NCBI GenBank assembly: GCA_051942245.1 | Contig: JAVECL010000061.1 | Span: forward strand, 1-64,000 | Direction of reading: 5' to 3' | Source: Trypethelium eluteriae | Lineage: Eukaryota | DNA: 64,000 nucleotides | Shown: positions 1-12,912 of the stretch, piece after piece | How the letters are laid out: each line of letters begins with the position of its first letter | How positions within the stretch are numbered: the stretch's first letter is position 1 | Translations under genes and position numbers: made by a program | The notes under the pieces: generated by a model | Database searches by the model: none | The model's input: only the letters and a program-made list of their open reading frames with translations | What the model was told of the DNA's origin: nothing

Positions 1-298
1 GGGCTGGGGGTGATGATAGGTTCAGGCCTGACTACGGGCGCGACAAGAGGGAAGAGAGGACAGGAGCCAATGCAGGGCCATTAGGGGAGAGGAAGAGAGG
101 AGGGGGCAGGGATGATGATCGCAGGGAGAAGAGGCCTCGAATCGATTATTGAGTCATGAGTCTGTATGATTGGGTTTGCATTGCGAGGCGCTGTGGGAAA
201 TCTTTTAGTCAGGCTGCATTTTGAGGGAATGAGGTTACTCGTCGATAATTTATCTACACTAAGTACTGGGGATCGACAATGTGAGTAGCCAAAGCAAT

Positions 299-1547
299 TC
301 ACATGAGTTCAGCCTCGATCAATCCTTCGTTCTCCACGTTCTGCACTGTATGAAATCTTACGACTCTCAGCCCTGCTTTCGCTAGAAGCTCAATCCATTG
401 CTTCTCCGTTCTCTCCATTCCGTTCAGTATACACATCATATTAATGTCGAGAAGAGATGGATACATTGGAACATCCTTAGCCGGCAAGATGAATTCGTTC
501 AAGAAGACTTTTGAATAGCCAGACGTCATGGCATCAGCTATGCGGCGCAATATCTTGACACAATCGTCATCACCCCAGTCATGCATGATGCTGCGGAGAT
601 AGTAGACACGTGCACCTGTTTGTAGAGATCAGCATAAGGGAGCGACCTTCTCATAAGAGCAACGGTATACACGTACCTGTTACTGGTTGCTCCTGGAAAA
701 AATCATGTGGCATGCGCCGCACAGCTGGATGCAAATCCTTGATCATGCCAATCACATCCGGAAGATCCTGCAAGACCAACTGTCCTGGGGCATCCGGAAA
801 CGCCTTGTGGAACTTTTCGATATCGTGACCCTCACCTCCCCCGACATCAACCATTAACACTGCCTCCGAATCCTTCTTTGCGCCGTTCAGCATCATTTCC
901 GCAATGGGTAAAAAGTTGAACCAGTCGATACGCATCATGCGCTGTCCGCCCATGAACTTCGCGAAGTGATTGAGGAGATCAGGATGTTCACACAACCATG
1001 GCCACATGGTGAGTTTCGTACTCTTAGCGGCTTGGAAGGGCCCCGGGTAGCCATTTACATTTTTCCAGCCATTGTCTTGAAGATATTGCGGCATCTGAGT
1101 GAGCGTATGAGACGGGCAGGAGAACATAAATGTGTACCCTCCAACGATGACGGGGTCAGTTAGGAGTTTGGTGATAGGAGTTGCGGCATAGAGCTCGGCG
1201 TCGACTTCAGCAATGATGCCCTGCGGCAGGAGAGGACGGCAGAGACGGACGATCAGGACTTGATCGCCACCGGTAGCTTTTGAAAGCTCAGCGGAGCTCA
1301 TGGGCGCCGGGGCTTTCGCAAGATGTTCAATGACGCCGAGTTTAATGAGGCTCATAAGTGCGCTAGGAGCATGCGGGCTCATAATGATCTTCCATACGGT
1401 CTCCAGTGGGGTCTCGAGCTGGCCCATAGCAGCCATGGTAGTGCCCAAAAGCTTCTTCCGGGCAGCATCATCGTTTTGGACTTCGGCAGTGAGAGATTGA
1501 ATTTGAGCAGCAAGTGAGTCAATTTTAGAGTCTAATGATGTAGCCAT
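299..1547 (-). CDS. SAM-dependent O-methyltransferase (COMT/fungal secondary-metabolite type), 2 exons
   Basis: Motifs VDVGGGEGHD, LVLQDLP, HDFF, MHDWGDD, ERTEKQW. Intron 616-676 (GTACGT...GCTGAT...CAG) joins QPVTG to ARVYYLRSIMHDW. ATG at 1547. Confidence 0.92.
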
Positions 1548-2057
1548 AATGTGCAACTGCAATTGGTATGAACAGACAGTCAGAGGAAATCAGAAATAAC
1601 ACGTGCAATAGCTCAGGAGCAAGTGCTCATACCAGAGTAGGGTATCCGTAGTGCTGGAAAAGTGCCAATCGAAGGCGAAATGCTGTCCGGGAGCAAGATG
1701 CTCAACCACAGCCAAGTCAAATAGAGAAATGCAGACGCAAAGCGCAAGTACCGGACCAGAGAACAATCGAAAAGAGAAAGGCAGAATTCAATCCAAGTAC
1801 TCCGTACTCCGTAAAGCAGAACAACACTATTGAATACCAACTTTATCAAATTCCATCCTTGTCTAGCCAGGACTTTCAGCTTGCAGCCTGCAGACTGTGC
1901 CGCCAAGTACCGAGCCACCGGAAGCCAACATGTTGTTGATGAGTGGGGGCGATGAGGCTCACGAAGCGATCTGAGCCTGAGCTACAGCAGGGAGTTTGGA
2001 GGAAGCTTGTAGCCTTGGCCAGCGAAACCATCGGCCCGCCACCGGCGTCTGGCCTGC

Positions 2058-3412
2058 TCAAGCGCGCCTACCAAAACCAATCCTGTCAGCGAAAAAGAAC
2101 AACTCTGGCTTGCACAAGTGTCGCAACTTCTTACCAATTCTGCGTGCCGCCCTGGGCATGAAGCTGCCCACCCATGGCAATTTCCCCGCTATCCCAGCAC
2201 ATTTCCTCCACGCCCGTTGCAGAGCATTCAGCGCTTGCTCTGCCTCCCGAAGATGCCGCTCCATTTCCCTGGCTCGGATGTAGTTGGCGATCTCGTCGGG
2301 ACCGACATAAGGTACCATCGCCTTGCCTTTTGAAAGACTCCAGAGGAAGTTTTCGGCCTGCTGATACAGGCCACTGGTGTCCAGCAACTCTTCTCCAGGG
2401 CGTGCTGTCCATCTTCCAGGCTGCCAGCACTTGCCAACCACTTTGCCACTAGGGAGTACTCTTGGTCGATGGTAGTGTCCTCGATTGCGAATTTCATACC
2501 GCGATATGTGCGTCTGTTGGGCATCCATGTGAAAGTGAACCGATTTGGGTGGTTCACATCCCTTATCCGTTGCGAAGTTCGTAACGTTGACCTTGGAGCT
2601 TGTGATGCTTCCTTTCAGGCAGGAAACTCGATAGGCGGGACCTGGCTCCTGATGTGCGATGAAGGTAGGCATGGCCGTGGCTTCCCCAAGGCGACGGCTC
2701 TTCCATGGGCGGTCATCTTCTTGCTCTTCTTCTTCATGTTTGCGTTTCAGTTTTCCCCTTTCCTCTCCAGTCGCAGCCGGCTCGCCCTTCGTGCGCCGTT
2801 CACCCTCCAGTGCGTCTAGCTCCCTCAGCTGCTGCAGGCATGCCCTGTACACAGCCGGCTGTAAGAACGCCAGGTCAGCTTCTAGACGGCGGAGGGCCCT
2901 GTCTGCCTTCCCATATCCGTCGAGCTGGCGGGCAGACCTGGCGTGCTTGGGTGGCGGCGGCACGTCGCTTGAGGAAGCCTGCTCTTCATCCTCATCTTCA
3001 CGCTTCCTCTTCTTGGGAGCGTTGGGGGCCGCTGCTTTGCGTTCCACAGCGGTAACGTAATTGCACCGCTCCGCCAGGTCCCCCAGGCGCTCTTTATAAT
3101 GCACCAGTATTCTGGTTGCTTTCCCGTACTTGGTTTTGTCCCATCTTGGGAGATGCCGCGTTTTCTTGGTCCTGGCTGCCTCCTCTTTGAGGACCTTCTC
3201 TTTAAGGACCGTCTCTTGACGGATCCTCTCGGTAAAAGATTTCAAACCCGAGAATTCTTGGCAAATCTCGCATTCTTGCGTCTATTGTTGAACGTTAGCC
3301 AAGATCATCCGGAGCTAACCCCATGATGCTTCGAGTTGTGATGCACGGCAAAACTTACAGCAGAGACCTCTGCAGGGTGTCCGCATTCTCGCAACCTCCA
3401 GTTGGTTGCCAT
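2058..3412 (-). CDS. Hypothetical basic/charged protein with N-terminal CGH...CxxC motif, 2 exons
   Basis: 395-codon ORF extended by exon 3412-3359 (MATNWRLRECGHPAEVSA) and intron 3282-3358 (GTAAGT...GCTAAC...TAG), resuming in frame as TQECEICQEFSGLKSFT. Confidence 0.6.
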
Positions 3413-4256
3413 GGTGGTATCTTGTGGAGGGTTTATCGGATGGGGTTCGCTTGGAGCCAAGATGGTAAGGGGAAATCGGAAGTATGTGAAAAATTTGAGG
3501 ATCAAGAGAAACTCAGGCCTGGGCTGCTACTCTTATACTTTGACTGACTATTGCGTTGGTTAGTATTGTCATCACGAAACCCCCATTCTCACGTAGCCGG
3601 GTGTGAGATATGAGCCTCCTGTTTTATCACACAATAGGAATCCTTGAATAAACGGCTATTTTACTCTCACATTCTTACTCACATACGGTGCATGAAACTT
3701 TGGAGCGAACCTCGTGACCCTATGCGCTTATTGTAATTTCGGTCTATTCATACCTACTCTCACATATTCTATTGTGTGATTGGGAAGAATTGTAACAGCA
3801 GAATAATGGCAGATACTTCCCGAGCTGACTTCATTAGGTAAAGGCATCAAGTGCGGCAAAAACTGCGGAAAACATTATTAATCGATTTGATTTTGCTCAC
3901 TATTGTGTAGAAGATTTCACGAATTCACGAAAAGTGTTGCAATAGCGCTCATTGATTTGAGGGGCTTCCTATTCTCATTTCCATTTTGTGTTACTAGATC
4001 CCAATATACCACAATGCTGTTAGAAGTTTCAAAGATTGATCAATCACTTTTGCGCTTCAAACGCGGCTCAGGGCCAGCCCTAGGCATCTATGCATTCCTT
4101 TCTTCGCTTCCCCATCTTCCCGTCCTACCATCTTGCTTTTGTTTGGGGAAGATGATGTTCTGCCTACCTCTTTTGAAGGACCAATGCTTTATATGGCAAT
4201 CAACGATGCTAGAAGGCCGCGGCTGACTCGCCTATCTTCGTATCGCAAGATCGTTC

Positions 4257-5189
4257 TTATAGCGATAAAGACGCCACATACTTCAATTTGAGGTTCATGA
4301 CCGAGGCATTGCTGACGTGTTTGCCGTCTCTAGGTGAAGCTAACAAGTCGCTAAGTGGCTCTCCCAGATCGATAGTCAATGGGCTGTTCAGCTTTTGGTC
4401 CGTAGCCAATGCGAGTCCAATCTCGCTTTCGTGGCTATCTCTTGCCTTACCTCGAGTTGCTGTATCGCAGGAGGGATCTTTGACCACATCACTCCGAACG
4501 ACAGTAGCGTCCGAGCGCCTGAGTTTTGGGCGTGGGCTCTCTTTGTTGCTAGATATCATACTATTTCCTTCGGATTCTGGGCACGATAGCTGAGATAGGG
4601 ATAGAGGCTTTTGCTCACCACTGAAATCATCTTCAGAAAAAGCTCGACAAGGTTTCTTCGGCGAATGACCAAACCTACGCGCACCTTGGACAACACGGCT
4701 GAGACCGTGCCTGAAATAACTTCCAAATGGGCGAGAAGAATGGAGGCTTTTGCTGCGGCGCTTCACCCTGGCGTGATCGCTCATCCTCGAGCTGCCGGTC
4801 AGGTACTCGGCATGTAGACTCGACGACCCGACGTGTACGTCAGAGAAATTCTCAGTCCATATCGATTGACGAAAGTGCGATTCCAGAGGTCCTTCTGCAT
4901 TTCCTTGACTAATGAACTCCGCCGAACCCTCGTGGACTGGGTCCCTGGCAAGCTCCTCTGTCTCCTCCAAGGACATCTTTGATTTTGATGGAGCCCTTTG
5001 AAGTAGAGCACGACAGATAGGACAATGCGTTAGGTCGTCTTCAAAATCTTCATCGTCCAGGTATCTCATGTGGGCGCATGGGCTTGAGGTTCCGTAACGA
5101 TCACTCGCGATAGGGATGACCATGCTCCTGCGAGAAACGCTATACGCATTCAATTTGCTAAGCAACATTTCTTTCCTTAGTGATCGCAA
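4257..5189 (-). CDS. Hypothetical Ser-rich protein with CAH...CPIC motif (5' exons unresolved)
   Basis: 310-codon ORF. GCTAAC branch point and AG acceptors near 5200-5230 suggest an upstream exon. No family recognised. Confidence 0.45.
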   Translation of the reverse strand: MRSLRKEMLLSKLNAYSVSRRSMVIPIASDRYGTSSPCAHMRYLDDEDFEDDLTHCPICRALLQRAPSKSKMSLEETEELARDPVHEGSAEFISQGNAEGPLESHFRQSIWTENFSDVHVGSSSLHAEYLTGSSRMSDHARVKRRSKSLHSSRPFGSYFRHGLSRVVQGARRFGHSPKKPCRAFSEDDFSGEQKPLSLSQLSCPESEGNSMISSNKESPRPKLRRSDATVVRSDVVKDPSCDTATRGKARDSHESEIGLALATDQKLNSPLTIDLGEPLSDLLASPRDGKHVSNASVMNLKLKYVASLSL

Positions 5190-6339
5190 TCCTGGCCCTG
5201 TGGACTTTTTTTGGGTGAGGTCGTGTTAGCCTAGATCGATACTTCGACTTTCAACAAGATCCAACAATGCTCAAGTGGGTAGGTCTACTTCAAAAGCCCT
5301 ATGATTAGCCTCAAATTTATGCTCACGCCTGTTGTTGCTCCGCTTGACGAAGATAAAGGCCTTGTGATCTGGGATGAAAGGAAAATCGTCCTCGCTACAG
5401 GGCTCCGACAAAGGAAGGATTCTGAAAGCTTTATGTTCGGCATATTGCTTCCTCGTCTCCAATTCTCACGACTTTGTCGGCACTCACGTCTAGTCATGCT
5501 TCATAGTGGTCAATGGCCGACTATTCGTATCCAGATCGATGGAACACCGTACTCGAAGCCTTCAGCCACATGCCCTCATCCTCAAGCCTCGAATACCTAT
5601 GAGCTGGGTTGGGTCGTCCATCCAACCCTATTTCCTAGACAATTATTGGTAGTGTCTACTCTTCTTTCAGGCTTATTAGAACATTCCAAGTCCCGTCGAA
5701 CATATTTGAGGTCTGAGACATTTGCAGAGTCGCAAAAGAAAGAGAATTGACTATCATCGTCTTACTTTTAAACTGGGGCGCTCGATTTATCATGACCAGC
5801 TCTTCAGATTATTTATGAGAACATTGTCGAGTCGAGACGCCTGTGACATTAGAAATCAGGCCTTGGTCTGACACGAGTTAAGCGTATCTCTTACATATGG
5901 ACGAGATACAGAGTGATCTACACGTTCCGGCGTCTTTTGGGACAATCACAAACGGCGTGGACTCCCCCATCATGCACCATCAAACCATTGAAATATTTAT
6001 CACACTACGATTTCCATAATCACGTCCAGAAGCCATGTGCACCCTCTACTCTTTGTGTCCCACGCGTCGCATATACCTGGCCAGAAACATAATCACAGTT
6101 TTTTACCCTTTTTAGGTTGCAGTAAGCATAGGGATCTGCTGCTTTGCTGACAAAAGTAGTGGGCAAAGTATTTTGCCGCGATGATCCCTGTCTTATATGC
6201 CAGCATTCGAAGATCCTTTCATTGACATTCCACAAAAAGTTTGTCACAGACACTGATCGTCATTCGTTACATACCAGAAGCCCGAGCGTGACATCCACAG
6301 GACAAGGAAGAAGGGGGAAACCATCGTACCTCGGAAGAA

Positions 6340-8190
6340 ATGAATGATGATGAAACGACGAGCGCCTCCTCTGAAGAAGAGGATATCGAGATTGTCGGAA
6401 CCGACAACCCTGCTGATCCTGATCAAGCAACCAAGATCGACCTTGCCAATGACAATGAGAATCTCGCGGTGAAAGGAACTGACGACGATCATCCCTGTGC
6501 AGCACCGCGGTCTCAAGGATCTTCATCACCCGATATTTCTCTTCAAGAATTGACGCGCACTATTCGTGGGGCTAGTAAGCAATCGGCAGATGCAGAGACA
6601 GGACATCGCACACCAAGACAAGCAGAGCACTTGGCAAGTCAGCGCAGGAAGGGAGAAATAACCGCCAGAAGCCCTTTTTTACAAAGGCAGAAACCCTCAA
6701 TATCTCGTTCCAGCTATAGTCAGAAAAGAGTGCGAGTTGTTCATGATCCCCAAAGTTCTAATGCCAACCGACCGGAGAGCGTAACTTCAGCTCAGAAATT
6801 CAGGATACGTCCAGGGAAAAGAGCACAACCTTCCCAAGGAAACACACTACCATCAAAGAGACAGCAAAGAATTAGCCATGTGAATCACCCTACCGATTTG
6901 CACCTTCACGAAACTTCCGGAGCCGTCAAAGCCGCAGACAATGTCACGAGCGCAATAGAATATCCGGAAGGCGGGACAAATGAGCAAGTTTCTCCTGGGT
7001 TTTCCTATGTAGAAAATGAAAATCGAGACGATCCAGGAGTACAGCAGTCGCCAAGCCATGTACAGGAACCTTGTTTAGCTGATCAGCGACACCACTTTGA
7101 AGAAGGCTTGATCCCAGTGTCTCCGCAGAGACCGCCTGTCCAGAGTGGTAGACTTCCAAGTATACCGCCTCGAAATTCGTCCATGACTTTAAACGCCATT
7201 GAAGAACTACACATTGAAAGTCCACTGGAGACTAAACAACAAACCCAACTCCGAGCCTTACAACAGCAGAGAGCACAAGCGGAGGCAAGCTATGCCATTT
7301 CACAGCAAGCAGCGATGGATTGGACGAGCGAGCTTGATCAGAGCATCAGACGTCAAAATAATGCCCGACAGCAGCTTTCGCAGGCACGGGAGGATGGGGT
7401 CCTCTGGAAAACCGAGTGGAACAGAGTAGACCAGGAAATTGCTCAACTCTTCAATTCTGAGTCTCAGCCACACCCACACCAGACGGCTCCAGAACCATAT
7501 GCCTCCGCTCAATTCCTGGTACAGAAGCAGAATGTGGTTCAACAACAACTCCAAGCTGGACCAAATGCTCGACAATTCTCTCCGGTCCCAGTTAAAAACA
7601 CAAGTCCCGCCGAGGACTCTCAAGTACCAGACGTGCTTCACCAGGAGCAGACCACAGAGGGAAGGGGGCAGCTCGGCCAGGAACACTTAGTGTCATCGCC
7701 ACAACCACGCAATATATCTATGGGCAACATAGGCCTTCCTGAAGGTCGAGTAGCACATGAAACAATCCAGAGCACAGCGGAAAAGCTACTATCGCAGGCA
7801 AGTATTCCAGTATCAAGGATACCCAGAGGTACTGGTCATTGGAGACGTACATCTACTATTGCACCCAGCTCATTGGCTCCACAAGTTAGTGCAGCGATGC
7901 CCACGTATCGTTCAAGTATCCATGACCTACCATCTCCGTCTTCAGAAGCTCGTGCGTCAAAACGCACGCGAACGAATACTCAGCCCGCTCAGCAGCGCAC
8001 GTCCCAGTTTTCTGAACCCCGGGAATTTCGCCCTGTACAGCGATCTCTTACTTCCAGTCACTCTAGAGCGGAATCTCCACAGACGGATCCTCATCCGGCA
8101 GAGCGAGCGGGTCTGTTTGATAGTCTTCCGATAGGTCCGTGGACTAGTCCAAGTAATCCTCAGCAGCAGGGACGTGGTGGAAGGAAATAA
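6340..8190 (+). CDS. Hypothetical Q/S/P-rich, largely disordered protein with central coiled coil
   Basis: 616-codon uninterrupted ORF; heptad-like QTQLRALQQQRAQAEAS...LSQAREDG segment. Confidence 0.65.
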   Translation: MNDDETTSASSEEEDIEIVGTDNPADPDQATKIDLANDNENLAVKGTDDDHPCAAPRSQGSSSPDISLQELTRTIRGASKQSADAETGHRTPRQAEHLASQRRKGEITARSPFLQRQKPSISRSSYSQKRVRVVHDPQSSNANRPESVTSAQKFRIRPGKRAQPSQGNTLPSKRQQRISHVNHPTDLHLHETSGAVKAADNVTSAIEYPEGGTNEQVSPGFSYVENENRDDPGVQQSPSHVQEPCLADQRHHFEEGLIPVSPQRPPVQSGRLPSIPPRNSSMTLNAIEELHIESPLETKQQTQLRALQQQRAQAEASYAISQQAAMDWTSELDQSIRRQNNARQQLSQAREDGVLWKTEWNRVDQEIAQLFNSESQPHPHQTAPEPYASAQFLVQKQNVVQQQLQAGPNARQFSPVPVKNTSPAEDSQVPDVLHQEQTTEGRGQLGQEHLVSSPQPRNISMGNIGLPEGRVAHETIQSTAEKLLSQASIPVSRIPRGTGHWRRTSTIAPSSLAPQVSAAMPTYRSSIHDLPSPSSEARASKRTRTNTQPAQQRTSQFSEPREFRPVQRSLTSSHSRAESPQTDPHPAERAGLFDSLPIGPWTSPSNPQQQGRGGRK

Positions 8191-8962
8191 CCCGTCATAG
8201 TCCAAGTTCCTGACCGCCTGGCAAGCAGACGATGGATTTGGCAAATTGAGATGTTGTGGAATTCTGAATTAGGAACTGGAATCAAAGGTCCTTGGTGCTT
8301 GAAATGAAATTCGTACTTTCACTCCTCTCTTTGGCTTGCAACCGATGGAAAGACTAATTTCAGCTATATCCAAGGGATGACTCTACACGAAATATGCTAT
8401 GCTAGAGACTGTGGCTCACCTTCTTTGGGAGCTGCCCTGCACATCCGGCGAAGACTAGATCCAACGATAAAACCGAACGATGGGTGGGGTCATAAAAACA
8501 TTTAAGGGACTTGCAAGAATCCGAAGAAACGGATCTCCATTCTGGACCGACAACTAACCTACGACCGTTGACATTGATGCAGTGCGTAGCCTTGGTCGGA
8601 TTGAGTTCAGTCGCGTCTGTCCAAGGGGGAAGCAGAATCGCCTGGACAGGGAAGGATGTATCAGGAATATGGACAAATGGGAGTGTACGCCTGACACGAC
8701 CGTTCATCTTCAAAATAAGAAAAAAGAGGGGTTGTTTGAGAGTCCGAAAATCTTGTATGAATAAGTATCCGATGTCCTTTTCCTAATCACGCTTTCTCCC
8801 ATCACGATTGATTTGGTGTGACTTGGGGCAGGCTACTCAGCCCTCTCCACCCTCTCCCCTTCCCAGGTCAAGTATTCTCCTCAGTTCAAGTACCCTCATC
8901 ATCTGCCTAGATGCGCGCTTCCTCTGTTGACCCTGACTGGATCCTGTTTTCAAGCTCAACCA

Positions 8963-11440
8963 TTATTGGCTACGTGACCGGTACCGCCTACCTCCGGATT
9001 TCCGGTCTTTTAGGAAGAATGCGTTGAGGCTATCATCCCCATTTTCCTCATCATACCTCCTATCTCTGATCTCCTTCGTCCGGTCTGCGTATCTCTGAAT
9101 TTCCTCACGCGTCAGGACACGCAAGACAGTTACGCAGTCTAGACGCTCTTCGAATCTTTCATTTGCTTCGTCAAGACATTCAGGATCAACCAGTCTCTTA
9201 TCAATTTTCGTCCATTTGGCATTGGGAGGTGGTACGACTTCGGCCTCTTTCGCCTGTAGTTTGGACTTGGAGGGTTCTGATTGAGTCGGAGTATCATTTC
9301 CGAGCGGAATCTAAGCAGTCACGTTAGCTGGCATGGACTAGGATTTGGAGGATGGCAGTTCACCGACATCTTTAAGCAGACCCGACGGTGACATGGTTCG
9401 TCTAGATCCCTGTCTAGCTTTCGAGGCATTTGTGGCTTGGGACGGTTCAGTATCGCTCCCCTCTGAGAGCAGTAAAGGGGAGATGAGTCCTGGATCCCTT
9501 CGTCGTGCTTCTTGAAGACGTTTGGTATGCGCAAAGAGGACATCTTTGTCATACACAGTACTCTCGCGGAGGATATTGATGTAATCCGGATGGATCTAGG
9601 GTAGCTAATTATTTTATGGGGGCTGTTTCTCAGGAGCGGGCCGGCTTACTGGATCTATCTGATATGGAACATTGTAATGCAGTAGTGTATCCTCCAGTAG
9701 ATCATCCCGATGTATGATATCGTAATTCGGCCTTGATGCGGCTCTTGATCTTGCCCGCACAGTCTCTTCCATGTTTGCGTCTTCCTGCATCTCATGCTGA
9801 ATTGATTTAGCTTCTGGTTCTGCCGTGACTCCATGGTCGTCGTCTTCTTGATTGTTCGTATTTTTTCCGCAGTTCTTATGTATATTAGTCGACGCTTCGG
9901 CGACTGTATCTTCGTATCTCTCCTGCCCCTGGTCTTCGAGCTCAAGAATTCGCACTCTGGAGAAGTCAGAAATGACATCTATATCGGCACTGGTCTTCCG
10001 TTTGGGAAGAGGCCCATGTAATATGGGCTCCTCAACGAAAAGATACTCAAAATCAGATACGACACTATTTTTATTGCCTCCCGCCAGGAGAGAATCTCTG
10101 AGCCTGCTGTACCAAAGACCACAGGCCTCACTTCAAAAGTTAACATGAAAAGGTATTCAAGACGGCGGTCAGGACACGAGAGCCGAACCTACCAGTGATT
10201 ATCCAGATCAGAACTTTCCAGTACTTCGTTGTCACATTTTGGGCAATTTTGTGATCTTAAACTCTGCCGGAATATCATGCTCATATTGATCCTGCGGCCC
10301 GGTCTGAAAACAGATTGTATAGACCTTGCGCGGTCTATATCCTTTGTCCCAAAAGGATCAGTCAACACATACTCCCCACGCTCAATTTTGGCAAGGCCTG
10401 GAAGAGTTGAAAATTTCCACTTTAGCATTGTTTCAAAATGCTATTGAAGATTAGTACAGGGTAGATCGGGATGTTATGGAGCGAGGTAGCCTACATCCCA
10501 AGTGTCAATCCAAGCAACTTGTATGGGTAGCATCCGACCATGTGCATCTTGAAAACTCACAGGCTGCTCAAATGACAGCTGAGAAGGGATTTTTGAGCAG
10601 CTGGCAATGAGGTCGAAGATGCGAAAGTTAGTGGAGAGGATCAACGCTACCATGAGTTGAAATTCTTTCCAGCAGTGTAAGATAGTTGACATAATCGAGG
10701 CCTGCATTGCCGTGGCTTGTCTTCTCTCGGCATCCGTCTTGGTTTCTAAGCGTATAAGTGCGCTGCGCTGTTCTTGCTGATCTGCTGCTGCTGCTACATG
10801 AATGACTTGCCCAAGAAGGAGGATCAAGGAGGCAGTGTGTGAGTAGAGCTGCCATCGGAATTTTTGAACGTCCTCTTTGCTATATAATGTCCATTGAATC
10901 TTTCGTAAGCCATCTTTCCACTTGGGCCGGGAGTGGGTCGCAGATCCCAAGGATAAATCATACTTCTGTGTCTTATCAAGGAAATCCTGGATCGTCCTCC
11001 AGCAGTTCGTAGCTACACTTTCTAGAGCAGCCTTAGTTTGTGATGTTGTTCACTGAGCTAGGACGACAAACTGCCGCATCACGATGACAACCAGCTGCCG
11101 CATCACAATGACGACGAACTGACATATCACAGGATCCGAAGCAGTAGTAGTAGTTGCACGAAACCTATATGTAGAGGCTCCTACGCCTGATTTCTAGAGA
11201 GATAATTGAGTTCCTTTCCTCCACCTCAGATAAAGATGCTCAAATAATTTCAGTTTGCGGATCGTCCGTCTTGACATCTTGAATGCCAGTGAGAGCATGT
11301 TTCAGGCTCACGAGCTCACGGCTGATACCTTCATATTCCTTGCGTGCGCCCTTGCTATCCTGGAGAGCATTAACGACTTTGATGGTTATTTCAATGAATG
11401 CGATGAAATCGCCAACGGATATTCCAAATGGCACGACCAT
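8963..11440 (-). pseudogene. Multi-exon gene: HeLo-like/fungal STAND N-terminal domain, ubiquitin-like domain and two DUF8035-like repeats; disrupted by a solo LTR
   Basis: N-term MVVPFGISVGDFIA...GARKEYEGISRELVSL; KIQWTLYSKEDVQKFR; FQDAHGRMLP...FRPGRRINMSMIF..CPKC. Spliced C-terminal exons IHRDDLLEDTLLHYNVPY..IHPDYINILRE..LFAHTKRL and WTKIDKRLVDPECLDEANERFEERLDCVTVLRVLTREEIQRYADRT; stop at 8963-8965. Frame broken by the insertion at 11041-11252. Confidence 0.75.
11041..11252. mobile_element. Solo LTR (212 bp)
   Basis: Begins TGA, ends TCA; 5-bp TSD GTTTG (11036-11040, 11253-11257). Removing it restores ...DDPQTKAALESV. Internal 24-bp tandem repeat at 11071-11130. Confidence 0.85.
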
Positions 11441-12912
11441 AGTATATGAAGTCTAGCCTTCTTGTGAGAATTCGATTGATGCCGTCCCGCCCTGCTAGCT
11501 CAGTAGTAGCTGTCACAATGTCCTGCGAGACTCCGGAAAAAGTAGTCATGAGAGTTAATACGGAGGGGAACTGATATGGTATAGGACATAAGAATAGACT
11601 TTGAGAGGCAAATTCGGACTTCATGTGCAGCTCGAAGGATAATATTGCTGGATGCAACTCCCCAGGCTCAACGTGGCTGAGGCTTCAGCCAAACTGGCTT
11701 ATGTCATGGAGTCACACTGCATAGCCACAGCTTCCTTTTTTTCAATTAGCGTGTCATTACTACGTCTCCAGGTACCCAGGAAGTTGCAATGAAATCAGTC
11801 GCCCGTTAATTGTGACTTGACCAGTATTGATGATCGTAGCTCTTTGCCATACACGACCCTTACACTGATGGGAACGCATGACTCTTATACGCGCCTCCGA
11901 TCTATTTAGGTGCTCCAGACAGGTCTAGAGCTTAGGCGAGTGGAAAGCATTCTTGAAAGGACGACGCCAATTGGGAAATACCTTAGGATTCATCTTATCT
12001 TGTATGCATATAAGGTACTACAATACCATGTCTAGCGTGATCTGAGTACAGTAGATCGTGAATTATTATATGATAAAGATTGCAGACACGAAGGCAGCAG
12101 CAGGCTCTGGCATCTGGTCAGTATCTTGTATGAAAAGTTGTCTCACGGCGTAGCACTTTGAACAGTATAACATGCGAGTACTTGAGGAAGCTCTTCACGA
12201 TCAACGCCGTATCATGACTGTGCTAGACGGGACCATACTCTCTCCTGCTAGCTTGATTACTTTAACAAACTTGTAATCCTCATAATGGAAAAATGGCTCA
12301 TTATACACCCATGGGAATGGAAGGCCGTGAGTCGAGAAATGGGGGGAGGGTGCAAATACAAGACGATGAAAGAATGGCGAAAGAGAGATGAAGATGTAGT
12401 ATCATCCTACATTTGATCTTGATTAATGTTCAATCTATACGAGAGCCGGCAATGAAACTTGTCGTTCCAGAGCGGTCGACGTTGCATGCACTCGCATGCT
12501 CGTTCTTGCAAGTCACAAGTTTCGCGACGGAAATTAGAGGACCATACTTGAGACACCCTCTCAACGTCCACGACCAGCATTTCCGGAATCCTGCGAACAG
12601 GATCATATATGCACGACTCACAGCTGCCCTGGGTCCCTAGATTCTTCAAATAGAATGTACAATACTGTGTTGATTGCTTCGAAGTCTCCAAATGAAGAAT
12701 GTCTATCTATTTCCGTAAACCCAGCGCTCCGGCGCTAGGACACAATGTCCCAAGTACGGCCGACCAGTCTATCAAAGCAAAATTTAACGAATAGCAAAAA
12801 TCGAGATCACAGTCCCAACAAGAGAAGAGCAAGTATAAGCATCACCTCTGTCGAGGGAATTTCCTTCGGAAGGAGCGAAAGGGGGAGGTGGATCTGGCAA
12901 AGTACAACGTTT

